From: an uncultured Planctomycetota bacterium
GTDB taxonomy: Bacteria; Planctomycetota; Phycisphaerae; Tepidisphaerales; Tepidisphaeraceae
Length of the DNA: 64,000 bases
Assembly: GCA_963841915.1 (NCBI GenBank)
Contig: CAWJEN010000006.1
Coordinates: 1-64,000 of the forward strand
Reading direction: 5' to 3'
Shown here: positions 63,490-64,000 of the stretch, in pieces
Numbering within the stretch: position 1 is the stretch's first letter
Layout: each line of letters begins with the position of its first letter
The notes under the pieces: generated by a model
What the model was told of the DNA's origin: nothing
Seen by the model: only the letters and a program-made list of their open reading frames with translations
The model's database searches: none
Position numbers and translations under genes: made by a program

Positions 63490-63561
63490 CGGTCCGCGCA
63501 GCCGAGCGGCACGACGTCCTCAAGAGGACCCGTGCCACTGAACCGTATCGATCAGATGCAG

Positions 63562-63632
63562 TTGGCCCTCAGGGATTCGAACCCCGACTAACTGGACCAG
63601 AACCAGCCGTGCTACCGTTACACCAAGGGCCA
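63562..63632 (-). tRNA. tRNA-Gln(CTG)
   Basis: Reverse complement TGGCCCTTGGTGTAACGGTAGCACGGCTGGTTCTGGTCCAGTTAGTCGGGGTTCGAATCCCTGAGGGCCAA folds as a cloverleaf with anticodon CTG. Confidence 0.96.
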
Positions 63633-63687
63633 GGCGTGCGGCGGAGGGCAGTGTAGTCGCCTCCACAGGTCGCCGTCGACTCGTGAT

Positions 63688-64000
63688 CTACTTGTCTTCC
63701 AGACGCTTCAAGAAACCTTCGACCTGCGACGCCATCCCGTCGGCGGCCTGCGGATACGTCGGTTTTGTGCTACGCATCGCGCCCAGCGTGATGCCGGTGA
63801 TGAGGTAGTCCCGCAGCCATTTGTTGTCGGCTGGAATGGCGTACCACGGAGCCGCAGCAGTGCTTGTCGCAGCAAGTGCGTCACGAAAAGCTTCCTGGTA
63901 CTCGTCCCATCGGTCCCGCTCGTCCAGGTCGGCCTCGCTGAACTTCCACCACTTCTCGTCCCGCTCAAGGCGATCGCGAAAGCGTTTGGCCTGCTCGTCT
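63688..64000 (-). CDS. ppk2: Polyphosphate kinase 2 family protein, C-terminal part (5' end outside window)
   Basis: Manual translation DEQAKRFRDRLERDEKWWKFSEADLDERDRWDEYQEAF...TSTAAAPWYAIPADNKW; absent from the ORF track. Confidence 0.92.
   Translation of the reverse strand, partial: DEQAKRFRDRLERDEKWWKFSEADLDERDRWDEYQEAFRDALAATSTAAAPWYAIPADNKWLRDYLITGITLGAMRSTKPTYPQAADGMASQVEGFLKRLEDK

Overview
High-GC bacterial chromosomal window, most likely from a Planctomycetota member (Phycisphaerae-like). This is inferred from four PEP-CTERM proteins, dockerin-like modules, a prepilin/H-X9-DG protein and an R88 RpsL. Most of the window is housekeeping or metabolic: pnp (partial), phoH, miaB, hemL, rpiA, an RND pump, yajQ, a RecQ helicase, an SbtA-family transporter, gltX, pssA/psd, tRNA-Leu, rpsL-rpsG (without fusA), proA, a YhaO/YhaN-like nuclease-ATPase pair, ftsH, tRNA-Gln and ppk2 (partial). 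Two parS palindromes flank ftsH, suggesting origin proximity. The stand-out region is an accessory patch at about 29.9-39.3 kb with no integrase or transposase but many REP/REPIN-like palindromes of three families. It holds a 187-bp tandem duplication, a 21-bp palindromic array, gene fragments truncated next to REPs (a guaB 5' stub and a stub of an FN3-like gene), a PARIS-like AAA-ATPase + DUF4435/TOPRIM operon, and an uncharacterised two-gene operon (single-TM protein + Zn-ribbon protein resembling part of a phage prohead protease). That operon is the best candidate for an undescribed defence system. All family calls rest on motif recognition by eye; no database searches were run.
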